Shown: positions 29,345 through 39,376, counted from the stretch's first letter. The stretch is 64,000 nt of DNA from Syntrophales bacterium (GCA_963662405.2 CAXXKT010000003.1:96001-160000); one strand, 5' to 3'. The notes: generated by a model not told the origin, from the letters alone. Numbers and translations: made by a program.

Positions 29345-31117
29345 ATGAACACATGTACACCAGATCAAATCATTAAAAGTCTAAAAAAGGGTGCATTCAC
29401 TCCTTTTATTGGTGCCGGTGCATCCGGACTCAGGGAAAATGCACAGCCGGATGAGTATCATTGCATGGGGCTTATGCGCTCCTATCGAAATTCTACTACA
29501 TATTTCAGATATGGCAAGTTACTATCTTCGGGTCTTGCACCTTCACAAATAGAATATCTTAAAATACTTATAAATGTTGACGCGGATAAATCTATGTCTT
29601 TATTTGAATTATGTAAAGGGATGGCAGATAAACTGTATGAAGGTCAATTGTTGAAATTTCAGAAAATGCTCCTTTCGGTAATTATTAATCTGACAAATAC
29701 AGCAGGAAAACGATTTGCAGATGGTTCGTTGATTTCAATTAGCGAAGATAATAATTATATAACAATGATGCCTGATGAACAAAAAGAACTTGTTGAACCA
29801 TTTGTTAAGCTAATAAAGATTACAGAAGAACTATCAAGTGTTGACGAGACAGTGTGCTGTGAAAACTGTAAAGAAGGTTCAAAGCAAAAAGAGTGTCTTT
29901 TTGTTTTAAGAGATCACTTCCGTCCGAAATACATTACGTATCGCTTAAAGTTGTTAGCAAATTTTCTGCTAACAGCGGGTCAAAGAAAAGAAATACAATC
30001 ATTTAAAATAAAAAGTGACCTTATCAAATCAATACTTGAAGATCGCCAAAAGCATAACGGTTGCTTTTTCTTGAGTGAACTTGAATGGCTCAAACAATTG
30101 CTATGGCATAGTATTCGTTTTGATGATCCGCAATTACCATCAACACGTGAATTAATGTTCCAAATGACAATTGAGACCATAGATGGATTGCCAATGATAG
30201 GTGAGTTGCCGCAGGTCGCGGAACGGACGGATGTAACGGGAGGACAAGGATCGGGATATAGCGAGGAATGTAGTATCAAAGTTATTCAACGATGTTTTGA
30301 TTATTGTAATAAAAAAACCAAATTAAACTCACCTAAATTTTATCAAATTATGGCAGCTCTGCTCAATGAACAATATAAAGCGGTAAGAGATAATAAATAT
30401 CCCGAAATCGTTTCTGGAATGCACTCACTGACGGTTAATGGAAGAAAACCAATCATTGCTTTTACGACAAACTATGATAATAACTTAGAAAATGCACTTT
30501 GCAACCTAGGCTGTAACTACCATGTTGTGTATCCGGTAAGGCGATTACAAAATGTTCAGGAAAATCTCAAAAAAGAAGAAACTGATATATCTTGGCATGT
30601 CGCCACTTTCCATATTGATAATAATGATGCTGTCTCACAAGGTGATCCAGAAATAATTGATCAAGAAGATCTTATAGGGGCATTTATTGATCGTGACCTG
30701 ATTGGCCCGATTATTGTCAAGCTTCATGGCGCGCCATTTATGCCATTAAGAGATAACCTCTTTAAGCATTTTGTTTTATTGTCAGAAAGTAATTATCTCA
30801 CTTCTCTTGTTTCAAACAATGCACTGGATGTTCCTCAAATATTTTTAAAAAAAGCGAGATTTTACAACCAAAACATCGAATGTAAACACCATTTGTGGTT
30901 TTTCGGATATTCTATATCAGATTGGAATATACGAATTGCCTTATATAAACAGTTGCGTGATCGTAAAAGAAACGAAGAACACAGGCGTGCAATAACACAC
31001 GGTTCAAATTATTATAAAATTGCATTGTTTAGCAAACTTGATATTGATTATGAAGAAAAAGAACTGTCTGAATCTATGGAAGATATAAGCGTAATGCTTG
31101 GGGAAGCATTTAAGTGA
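29345..31117 (+). CDS. SIR2-like domain protein (SIR2_2 type) with large insertion
   Basis: PFIGAGAS, FTTNYDNNLE, KLHG, FFGYSISDWNIR. Confidence 0.82.
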   Translation: MNTCTPDQIIKSLKKGAFTPFIGAGASGLRENAQPDEYHCMGLMRSYRNSTTYFRYGKLLSSGLAPSQIEYLKILINVDADKSMSLFELCKGMADKLYEGQLLKFQKMLLSVIINLTNTAGKRFADGSLISISEDNNYITMMPDEQKELVEPFVKLIKITEELSSVDETVCCENCKEGSKQKECLFVLRDHFRPKYITYRLKLLANFLLTAGQRKEIQSFKIKSDLIKSILEDRQKHNGCFFLSELEWLKQLLWHSIRFDDPQLPSTRELMFQMTIETIDGLPMIGELPQVAERTDVTGGQGSGYSEECSIKVIQRCFDYCNKKTKLNSPKFYQIMAALLNEQYKAVRDNKYPEIVSGMHSLTVNGRKPIIAFTTNYDNNLENALCNLGCNYHVVYPVRRLQNVQENLKKEETDISWHVATFHIDNNDAVSQGDPEIIDQEDLIGAFIDRDLIGPIIVKLHGAPFMPLRDNLFKHFVLLSESNYLTSLVSNNALDVPQIFLKKARFYNQNIECKHHLWFFGYSISDWNIRIALYKQLRDRKRNEEHRRAITHGSNYYKIALFSKLDIDYEEKELSESMEDISVMLGEAFK

Positions 31118-31147
31118 TATACAAAAAAAATATATGTGGGGATAGTA

Positions 31148-33172
31148 ATGGAAAATGAAATCATAAACCCTTTTGTAGGTGCCATACCTTATGATGAGAG
31201 TCATAGCAAGTATTTCTATGGTAGAACTGCCGATATTAGGAGAGTTTATGGAGATGCAAGTATACAAAGGCTATCAATACTAGCCGGTGGCAGTGCTTGC
31301 GGTAAAACTTCTTTCCTTCAAGCGGGCTTGATTCCTGCAGTGAAACAATTGCGCTTACAAAGTGGGAAAAATGCGCAACCACCTGTAATACTTATACGTG
31401 ATTGGGCGAAGTGGCGTATTGGATTAAAACCGTTTTCATCCTTGGATGAATTTAAAAACCAATTTATGGGACTGTTAGAAATTGCTGTAACGGATATGGA
31501 TGAGATTTCGATTAGCGGCCAATCAGCGGAGGATTTGTACAATGAACTAAAAATAAAAGGTGTCATGCAAGTACTATTAGGGTTGAGTGAGGCTTTTAAT
31601 GGACTATATGTCATATTTGATCAGTTGGAAGAGCTTTTTGTTTCACATACATTTGCAACCGAGACAGTTTGTGATTTCTTGGCAGAACTTTACTATCTTG
31701 ATGATCGGATAAAAATTATTGTTTCATTACGACAGGAATATGTTCATGAATTGCGTACGCTTGAAAAAACTATTGGCTCTATCATGCAACGTACATGTTT
31801 TTTGCCACCACTAAAACGAGAGCAGAATTCAACGGCCTCAATAATGGTTGCCATTAAAGGTATCTTTAACTCTGTTAATATCAATATTGATGATTCGGTC
31901 ATATATGAAGTTGCAGACCGCTGTAGGCTATATACAAAGATAGAGGGTGACCGTAGATATGGTGGAGAAATCAATTTGCTTCAAATCCAGGCATTTTATT
32001 GGGAATTCTTCAATGTCTTAAAGTCAAATCCACGCGATAGTAATCATAATAAAGCTGTATTTGATCAATTTCTTAAAGACAATGCGGTCACTGCCAGGGT
32101 TTTGGAGAAATATCTAGAATGTATAAGGGCGATGTATGATTATACTGAACCTCTTGAAGTGTATGATAAAGCACTTGTCAGGTGGATTGACACAAATTTG
32201 TCTGACAATATAGGTAAGATGAGTGAAGATATCCAAAAATACATATATGATAATAACATTTCTGGCAGATTGGGTGGCATCAGATGGTGCTTGACTAGAC
32301 TGTCCTCTCACTTGTCAAGCAATGATTATAAGGTACCTATCAATAGAGACGAACATAAAGCTCGACTATTAAAAAATGCATTAAATAGTGAGGAAGAAAA
32401 GAACCTTCGAGAGCTATTTGATGTAGCAATTGATTTCCTTGGAAAAATCAATGTATTGAAAAATTCAGATGGACCAATATCAGAACTGGTACATGACCAG
32501 TTAGGTCAAAGTATTAGGATCTGGAGCGAAATGTTTGAAAACAGTTGGCAAGACTCTATCTATTCTCCAATAACTAACAGAGGCGTATATTTGAAACCAA
32601 TAAGAGTCACCATTGATAAAATTAGTGACAACTATAATGATAGATTTGTGGGATGCATCATTAATGGGGAAGAAAATTCAAGTCATTCTGATAGTGCAAC
32701 ATTCAAAGGTATAGATTTTCATAAATGGGATTTTACGGGGTCGATATTTAAAAATTGTATATTTGACGATTGCACTTTTTCTCAGGCTCAATTGCAGGGT
32801 CTTATTTTCTGGAATTGCATATTTAGAAATAATACTTCCATAAAGGATATAACATATGAAAGCAGTCAACTGGATATACGGGGAGGTAAAATTGAAGATT
32901 TGTCCATAATAGATAGTTGCTTAGAGCAATTAAATTTGTATCCAAATATTGATGACGACATTCCAATAATATTTACAAAAAATAGTTCACTTGTCCTGAG
33001 GAATACCTGTGTGAGGCTTTCTTGCTTCAAGGATCTTCACGGAGAGGCCGAAGCGATTTCGTTGGATGAAAAAAGCCGATTTGAATTCTGTCTGTGGGAT
33101 AAAGTAAGTGCGAATTATATCAAGGCTTCTGCACATCAAATGATATCATGTGGCCTATTGAAAGAAGAGTAA
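31148..33172 (+). CDS. STAND-like (nSTAND1-type) P-loop ATPase with C-terminal pentapeptide-like repeats
   Basis: NPFVG...FYGR, Walker A GGSACGKTS(FLQAGL), Walker B VIFDQLEELF, ELVHD; C-terminal FTGSIFKNCIFDDCTFSQAQL. Confidence 0.78.
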   Translation: MENEIINPFVGAIPYDESHSKYFYGRTADIRRVYGDASIQRLSILAGGSACGKTSFLQAGLIPAVKQLRLQSGKNAQPPVILIRDWAKWRIGLKPFSSLDEFKNQFMGLLEIAVTDMDEISISGQSAEDLYNELKIKGVMQVLLGLSEAFNGLYVIFDQLEELFVSHTFATETVCDFLAELYYLDDRIKIIVSLRQEYVHELRTLEKTIGSIMQRTCFLPPLKREQNSTASIMVAIKGIFNSVNINIDDSVIYEVADRCRLYTKIEGDRRYGGEINLLQIQAFYWEFFNVLKSNPRDSNHNKAVFDQFLKDNAVTARVLEKYLECIRAMYDYTEPLEVYDKALVRWIDTNLSDNIGKMSEDIQKYIYDNNISGRLGGIRWCLTRLSSHLSSNDYKVPINRDEHKARLLKNALNSEEEKNLRELFDVAIDFLGKINVLKNSDGPISELVHDQLGQSIRIWSEMFENSWQDSIYSPITNRGVYLKPIRVTIDKISDNYNDRFVGCIINGEENSSHSDSATFKGIDFHKWDFTGSIFKNCIFDDCTFSQAQLQGLIFWNCIFRNNTSIKDITYESSQLDIRGGKIEDLSIIDSCLEQLNLYPNIDDDIPIIFTKNSSLVLRNTCVRLSCFKDLHGEAEAISLDEKSRFEFCLWDKVSANYIKASAHQMISCGLLKEE

Positions 33173-33202
33173 GAAAATGAACGAAGTATTCAGGATAGTA
33201 TA

Positions 33203-34273
33203 GTGCTATCTACACCTCAACAAGCTAAATTTGAAATCTTTTCGCATGGGCTTTCTGTTCACTCAACTGCCAATGATTTGTTACATGATCTTTGGAATGA
33301 TAGGCCATTATCATTAGTAGATTATACGACAACTTCAGGTTTGACTATTAGACTCGAAAATGATGTCTGGATCAATTCGCCATTATCCAGTTACAATAAA
33401 AATTTTGTTAAATCACCAAAATGGGAATTAGTTGTATCAAACGGGCATTTTTACATCGAATCATCATCTGCGCAACTTAAAGCAGAGCCGATATCAGTTC
33501 CCCAGTATTACAATAAAAAAAATCAATGGGGAGAGCCATATATAAAATATATTAAAACACATGCTGACCGTGCACGGATATCGCCGATCGAAGGTTGTAG
33601 TTATTCATGTCATTTCTGTAACTCCAGCTATAAAAATAAATACAAGAAAAAGAAGATCGAATTTATGATTGACGCCATTAATATGGCCCTGCACGATCCT
33701 TGGTTGCCTGCTCGTCATTTGTTAATATCTGGTGGAACCCCTTTTTTAAAGGATTATGGCTATTTGCAAGAAGTTTATTGTGCCGTCCCAAAAAAATTCC
33801 CAGACTTGGAAGTAGATGTGATGATGGTTCCAACTCCTGGTTTATTACAGTTTGAAGAGTTGAAAAATGGAGGTATTAAGGGAATCTCTATCAATATGGA
33901 AATCTACAATGACGATGTGGCAAAGAAAATTATGCCTCAAAAAGCATTGGAAACCCGTGAAGGGTTTCTAGGGCATCTTCATCATGCGGTGAAAATATTT
34001 TCTCAAGGTAAAGTAAGGTCTTTACTTTTGGTAGGACTTGAGCCGATTGAAGATACGCTAAAAGGAGTTGAAGCACTGGCAAGAATTGGTGTTGATCCTG
34101 TATTGAGTGCCTTTCGACCTGATCCTAATACCCCGCTTGGAAATTATCCTCCGCCATCAGTAGAATTTCAGAAAAATGTGTATTTGCGAAGCTTGGAAAT
34201 AGTTTGTAAGTATCCAGGAGTGAAGCTTGGTCCCCGATGCAAACCTTGCCAACATAATGCGATTGCCTTTTAA
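33203..34273 (+). CDS. Radical SAM protein
   Basis: CSYSCHFC (CxxxCxxC), ISGGT, SINMEI, LLVGLE, FRP, C-terminal CKPC; GTG start. Confidence 0.88.
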   Translation: MLSTPQQAKFEIFSHGLSVHSTANDLLHDLWNDRPLSLVDYTTTSGLTIRLENDVWINSPLSSYNKNFVKSPKWELVVSNGHFYIESSSAQLKAEPISVPQYYNKKNQWGEPYIKYIKTHADRARISPIEGCSYSCHFCNSSYKNKYKKKKIEFMIDAINMALHDPWLPARHLLISGGTPFLKDYGYLQEVYCAVPKKFPDLEVDVMMVPTPGLLQFEELKNGGIKGISINMEIYNDDVAKKIMPQKALETREGFLGHLHHAVKIFSQGKVRSLLLVGLEPIEDTLKGVEALARIGVDPVLSAFRPDPNTPLGNYPPPSVEFQKNVYLRSLEIVCKYPGVKLGPRCKPCQHNAIAF

Positions 34274-34369
34274 TTCTGGCTTTGTCCATGAAAAGTAGTG
34301 GCAGTCCGCTTTCTTTTTGGGGTACCCTGTCTTTTCTATAAAAATGGCGAGTATTCCTGAATTCTGTGG

Positions 34370-35305
34370 TCAAACAGCAAGTCTGAACTTTTCATATCTC
34401 CGTTCTAATAGATTGGGGTCGGGCCAGGCGTTTGAGGATCGTGGGAGTATGATTTTCTTCAGGTGCATTCCCTGGAGTCCATGGAGCAGCATGGGGCCGT
34501 CTTTTTCTTTCAGGATATCGTCTCGAACTTCGATGACGTAGTCGGGTCGTATCCCGATCATGAAACGGTCAAAGGCCGCATGGTGGAATTTGCAGAGGGC
34601 AACACCGTTATTCACAATGGGTTCACCGTCGGGCTCTCCATCAGGGATGATATGTGCCGCATCCAAAAGTTCCAGATGTTTGAGACGACAAAAAGCGCAC
34701 TGCTCCCGATATGCATGCAGCACCCGCTCGCGGAAGCCGCGTTGGTGTAATCTCTGTTTGACGGAGGTTGTGATATACAGTCTGCGGATGTCTGAATCCG
34801 TTTCCGAGATTGGCGGAGCGCAGTCTTCGGAATCAAAGTATTGATTCACTGTTTTATAATCATCAACGGCAACCGTGAACGTCAATTTCTTCGGATCATC
34901 TCCTACAATATATACAGGCCATGCGGCCAGATATTTGCCCGGCACAACGCTGTGGAAGTAAATGAGCGGAATATTGTGGAGCATAGCATTTCGAAGCCCT
35001 ACATTTGCACGGTGGCGTGGATTGGTCCCTCGATACCTGTATAAAAGGAGTCCTTCCGGTGTAAACCCATCATCATAGTGTCCGGATGTTGTTGTCGTAA
35101 TCGAAAGGGGATATTCGGGAAGTATCTTTGGCTTAAAAATGCCTTCTGGGGAAACGAGAGAAATTCGCTGATCTTCAAAAACAAATCCCTGCGCAAGGAT
35201 TGTTCTCTGAAGCACATCGCCGTGAAGGTTGACCTGTTCGGATAGCCACGCGAAAGCTGCAATGCGTAAACGCCTATCCAAGTCTTGTTCAAGATTGATG
35301 CGCAT
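34370..35305 (-). CDS. HNH endonuclease with putative SRA/PUA-like N-terminal domain
   Basis: HQRGFRERVL.AY..CAFC..LLDAAHII..NGVALCKFHHAAFD. Confidence 0.88.
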   Translation of the reverse strand: MRINLEQDLDRRLRIAAFAWLSEQVNLHGDVLQRTILAQGFVFEDQRISLVSPEGIFKPKILPEYPLSITTTTSGHYDDGFTPEGLLLYRYRGTNPRHRANVGLRNAMLHNIPLIYFHSVVPGKYLAAWPVYIVGDDPKKLTFTVAVDDYKTVNQYFDSEDCAPPISETDSDIRRLYITTSVKQRLHQRGFRERVLHAYREQCAFCRLKHLELLDAAHIIPDGEPDGEPIVNNGVALCKFHHAAFDRFMIGIRPDYVIEVRDDILKEKDGPMLLHGLQGMHLKKIILPRSSNAWPDPNLLERRYEKFRLAV

Positions 35306-35365
35306 ATAATCAATCAAGGTTTGTTATTGTTCATTTATAAAAAAGAGTTTTTCCATATTATCTTT

Positions 35366-37057
35366 TTATTTTCTAAGTCTTGCCTTTTTAGCTTTTACAA
35401 TAATTGATGCAAATCCAATGGCTTTTTCCAAACCATCTTCCTCTGCTGCATAACTTAAGAGTTGTTTTCCTATATCCTTTTCATTGAAACCATTCTTTAT
35501 TATGTGATCGGTTATTCTATCAAGGGTTCCTTGTTCAAGAGGCAAATTTGTTTGCGTTTGTTTTTGTGGTCTGGTAGGCCAAAAATGAGGTGTTTCATTG
35601 ATCAATACACCTTCGCTTTTCGTAAAAGTATCTTTTAGTTGCATGCTTTCATCCTCAATCCCATTTGGGGGCACACTTTGGGGGGATATGTTTGAAAGTT
35701 TCTCACGATGTTTTAACAAAAGTGTCTGGTTAAAAGAAGCTTTGTAAAAACGCCAATATTGGGAGCCCGTAGCATTTTTCTGTGTAATCGCTTCACCTAA
35801 TGGATTTATAATTCCCAAACCGTAAAGTGCTACTTCTTTATTGTTTAATTGTCCGACAAAATCAATTGTTGATTTTGGCAGATTCCAGTGCAAGAGGTCA
35901 GGGTAAAAAAACTGAGGCTTAGGTCTCCCACAACTGATCTCATATAGCCTTTCTGCCTGTGAAACAAGATAGTCATAATCGAGAACCCTCTGAGGAGGTT
36001 CACTGTTACTGTAGGTTCCTAATATTGCGCCAGCCATCGTTGCAATGGTATCGGTATCACTATCGAGAGTATTGGCACATATTTCTATGCCTTTCGCTGG
36101 ATCTCCTGAAAAGAAATAAGCGATGTAAGTGGCTAAAAGAGCGGTCTTAGTAGCTGATCCACGTTTTGCAGGATTAAATGCATCAATGTTTTCCGCTATT
36201 GAGCGATATCTTTCCTCTTTGTCCCTTTCTTCGCGAAGTAAACCAATCCCCGTTTCCTGCAATATCTTGTTGGTCGTTTTGATATCCCCCATCATCTCGT
36301 CGATAGTATCTTCTACGGCACTTTCCAATTTCGTTTGAGCTTGTTTTTCCCAAGAGGGAAGCCATATATGATTTAGAAGCTTATCTTCTTTGCAAACATT
36401 AACAATTAATTTTGCTTTAGTTAGAATCTTATCCCAAATATCTGGGGGAGGACACTCCCCTCCAATCAATGCCTGACGTAGAATCAAACCATGGAATACT
36501 GCACCTACCCAGCCGACAGGATGTCCATGGGTAATAATTGAATCTCTTATAATTTCTCTAATTAATGCTTCGTCTGATAAAGCACTTGACGCCGTCCATA
36601 CATGAGGCTGAATACGCATTGCAGCGCCATTACCTCCAACATCAGTATAACGATGTGTTGGGGTTTTAAAAAAGTTAGTATTCCACTGAACCGTCTTCTT
36701 TTTTAAAGATTCAGCCGCAGCTTTCGTACCTTTGCCCATCCCCAGACCATACGCAAGAAAGACGGGTATTTCAATTTTAGAAAACGTCTCAAAATCGAAT
36801 TCCCCATCTTTTCTTATGCTACGACATACTGCCAATCGTAACTGGGTATCATCCGAATAAACACCTTCCGGAAGTTCAATTGAAACACCGTATTGCCCTC
36901 CAAGCTTTCGCCTCCATCCAATAAGTCCTTTCACACGACCAAGTCCGCGTGTTCTATATTTAAGCCTTTTTACATCACTAAGCTCCGTGATAAACCCTAA
37001 GGCATCACCATATGCAGCCCAAAGCATTGAATTTTTAATTGATTCGAAAGTATTCAT
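35366..37057 (-). CDS. ADP-ribosylglycohydrolase (ARH/DraG family) with C-terminal extension
   Basis: AYGDALG, YSDDTQL, GNGAAMRI, ITHGHP, DTDTIATMAGAILG. Confidence 0.9.
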   Translation of the reverse strand: MNTFESIKNSMLWAAYGDALGFITELSDVKRLKYRTRGLGRVKGLIGWRRKLGGQYGVSIELPEGVYSDDTQLRLAVCRSIRKDGEFDFETFSKIEIPVFLAYGLGMGKGTKAAAESLKKKTVQWNTNFFKTPTHRYTDVGGNGAAMRIQPHVWTASSALSDEALIREIIRDSIITHGHPVGWVGAVFHGLILRQALIGGECPPPDIWDKILTKAKLIVNVCKEDKLLNHIWLPSWEKQAQTKLESAVEDTIDEMMGDIKTTNKILQETGIGLLREERDKEERYRSIAENIDAFNPAKRGSATKTALLATYIAYFFSGDPAKGIEICANTLDSDTDTIATMAGAILGTYSNSEPPQRVLDYDYLVSQAERLYEISCGRPKPQFFYPDLLHWNLPKSTIDFVGQLNNKEVALYGLGIINPLGEAITQKNATGSQYWRFYKASFNQTLLLKHREKLSNISPQSVPPNGIEDESMQLKDTFTKSEGVLINETPHFWPTRPQKQTQTNLPLEQGTLDRITDHIIKNGFNEKDIGKQLLSYAAEEDGLEKAIGFASIIVKAKKARLRK

Positions 37058-37075
37058 TATTGCTCCCTGTTAATA

Positions 37076-37708
37076 TTAGAAAAGCTCTCTCCGTACTTCG
37101 CATTCTATATGGTTCCAATCCCTAAATAATGATTTTATACTGTCAAACGCATTGGCATCATCGTCATTTGCTACATAAGCCTTATTAAGGTAGCGTAGAG
37201 ATACTTCTCTCGGGTAAAGAACTTCTGCTTGATTACAAGTCGGTTGATTATCAGACAAAGATGCCGGACGAGTGATGCCGTTTCCATACCATTTGACTAT
37301 GTTTGGAGCAAACATTGCCTCCAGACCTACAGAGCCTTGATGGCGTTCAACACCACTATACATATTGTTCGTGGTGGTAAAGTATACGCCATCGTGCGCG
37401 CAAATTTCCGGAGAAAAAGATAGGATACACCACCACCCATCTTCACGCGCATGCCAGTTGCCGGCAGCAATTCCAAAAAGGTGGCGATTGACTGATGTAA
37501 TCGATAAATTTACATAATCCCACCATTCTTTATCTCTTTCTCGGTCCGCACAGTTATATTGATAGATATACTCGAGATAGTCATCTTCTGCTAGAAGGTT
37601 ACGAGCTTTCAAAGAACCAGTAGCCAAAATACCAGTAACACCTTTATTTGTTGTAAAATGAAGGATTTCTTTTATTTTCCGCTTTTTTATTATTTCTTGG
37701 ATAGTCAT
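37076..37708 (-). CDS. DarT-like (DUF4433) DNA ADP-ribosyltransferase
   Basis: LHFT...GIL..G.L, YVNLSI, FTTTN, QAEVL catalytic Glu motif. Confidence 0.8.
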   Translation of the reverse strand: MTIQEIIKKRKIKEILHFTTNKGVTGILATGSLKARNLLAEDDYLEYIYQYNCADRERDKEWWDYVNLSITSVNRHLFGIAAGNWHAREDGWWCILSFSPEICAHDGVYFTTTNNMYSGVERHQGSVGLEAMFAPNIVKWYGNGITRPASLSDNQPTCNQAEVLYPREVSLRYLNKAYVANDDDANAFDSIKSLFRDWNHIECEVRRELF

Positions 37709-39105
37709 AGTACAATATCGTTATAAGTATCTGTAGCCAAACAGTCAAGAAGGGAAGAGGGATCATCGGGCTTACACCCGAGAGTTACCGTCATGCGAGC
37801 TCTCGTTATTGTCATGGCAAGTAATCGTCTCAGATTTTCCCAAGAAGTATCACCATCTTCATCTCCATGTTGTGTAATTTCTTCATTCAATCCTAAAATG
37901 TATATGTGATCAAATTCCAATCCCTTTGCCGAATGCATGCTAATTAAGGCGACATTGTCATGCCCTTGAGGCCACTCTGACTGTCGGGTCAATTCGACAA
38001 AATTGAGTCCGTTTTTAGTTAAATCTGTGCGAAGCGTCTTAAACCATCCCCCAGCCTTGGGGTGAACAAATGCAACGGACTCTTCGTCAAGGTTAATATG
38101 TTTAATTTCTGAAATAACATAGGTACACTGTTCTGAATACCTGCCTCTAAGCAGTTTCGGCTTTGATCCATTGCGAAAGCACGAATCCAAATCTGGGATT
38201 GTACCATCGTCACTTAATTCCAAGCCCTCTAATAGCGGCTTTGCCAATCGACAGATTTCGATGGTGTTGCGGTGATTTTCTTCAAGACGAAAGCTGCGAT
38301 TGGGGTTTAATGTAATACCAACTTCACGCCAGGTCCAACCCCTCGGATAGATCTGCTGTGCCTTATCTAGAACAAATACCATCGTACACGGATCAGCAGC
38401 GTGTTGCTTAACAGCACGTATCTGGTTTGCAGAGAAATCTTGTGTTTCATCTGCAATAATAATATCGTATCTTATATTCTTCGGCGAATTGATAAGTTCT
38501 AGTGCTAAATCATTCCAGTCTCGGATTGCTTCCTCTTGTTTAAATTTTTCATAAGGTACTATTATTTCATTGACAAGGCGTTCTCTTGTTGCTTGTTCCA
38601 TTCGCGGCGTGATGCCACGTCCTTCCCGTTTAATGCTTAAGTATTTACCCCTATCATCAGGGTGGAATCGTCCCATACAGTATTCAACTTCGTCACACAA
38701 AAAATCTTCTGGCAGCCGCAACCCTTCATTGAACTCAATCAGCTTTTCCTTTTGCAGTCTATAGTCGATAATATTTTCTATACGTGTCAAATCCTTAGAC
38801 CATTTCCCGAACGTAGAGACATTGATTTTTACTCGTGAATGTGTCGTAATTTGTTGTTGTGCAAGATGGGAGATGTATCCACGGAGAGTCCTGTTATACG
38901 TAAGCACAAGAATCTGAACAGGGTTAGGGTTATCATTTCTTTCACGGTGGCGGAGCCAGAACTCCGACAGTTGCTTAAGCATCAGGAGTGCTGTAGTGGT
39001 TTTACCAGATCCGGCAGCACCGCGAATTACAGTAACACCTGCTTGGGGATTCGAAATAATAGGTAATTGTTCCGCAGTCGGAGGAACGTCAACTAGTACT
39101 TTCAT
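37705..39105 (-). CDS. Compact UvrD-like superfamily 1 helicase/ATPase
   Basis: GAAGSGKTT, LTYN, DETQDF, Q.IY, NHRNT, HSAKGLEFD, TRAR; overlaps the DarT start. Confidence 0.88.
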   Translation of the reverse strand: MKVLVDVPPTAEQLPIISNPQAGVTVIRGAAGSGKTTTALLMLKQLSEFWLRHRERNDNPNPVQILVLTYNRTLRGYISHLAQQQITTHSRVKINVSTFGKWSKDLTRIENIIDYRLQKEKLIEFNEGLRLPEDFLCDEVEYCMGRFHPDDRGKYLSIKREGRGITPRMEQATRERLVNEIIVPYEKFKQEEAIRDWNDLALELINSPKNIRYDIIIADETQDFSANQIRAVKQHAADPCTMVFVLDKAQQIYPRGWTWREVGITLNPNRSFRLEENHRNTIEICRLAKPLLEGLELSDDGTIPDLDSCFRNGSKPKLLRGRYSEQCTYVISEIKHINLDEESVAFVHPKAGGWFKTLRTDLTKNGLNFVELTRQSEWPQGHDNVALISMHSAKGLEFDHIYILGLNEEITQHGDEDGDTSWENLRRLLAMTITRARMTVTLGCKPDDPSSLLDCLATDTYNDIVL

Positions 39106-39167
39106 TACATACTCCCACTCACATTTTTGGAGTTAGTTTTCTGCCATCTATCCGGTCTTTCAATACT

Positions 39168-39256
39168 CAAAACAAAAAACCCCGCTATCTCCTCTCAAGA
39201 AACGGGGTTTTGCATTCAATCACTACACGGTACTCTCCTGTGTCGGGTGTAGATGA
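39168..39256 (-). promoter_or_regulatory. Leader with SD, GTG-TAG and intrinsic terminator (divergent copy C)
   Basis: CAGGAGAGTACCGTGTAGTGA...AAAACCCCGTTTCT...GGGGTTTTTTGTTTT; TTGACA-N16-TATTTT upstream (about 39296-39323). Confidence 0.5.
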
Positions 39257-39376
39257 AACATTTCAAACTTTTGAAAGAATCTGAACAGTTAGGGTAAAAT
39301 ACACCCTGAGACAAAAATGTCAAGTAATTTCGTTGTGAAGCTTAATGTGTAAAAAATATATAATCCATGGCCCGAT

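Noticed and set aside
29345..33172. Labelling the SIR2/STAND pair as Thoeris, DSR or Avs
   Set aside because: No TIR or SLOG/macro partner, SIR2 is not fused to the ATPase, and there is no TPR array
33203..34273. Calling the radical SAM protein a prokaryotic viperin
   Set aside because: Only the generic CxxxCxxC and SGG motifs are shared; I do not see viperin-specific sequence features
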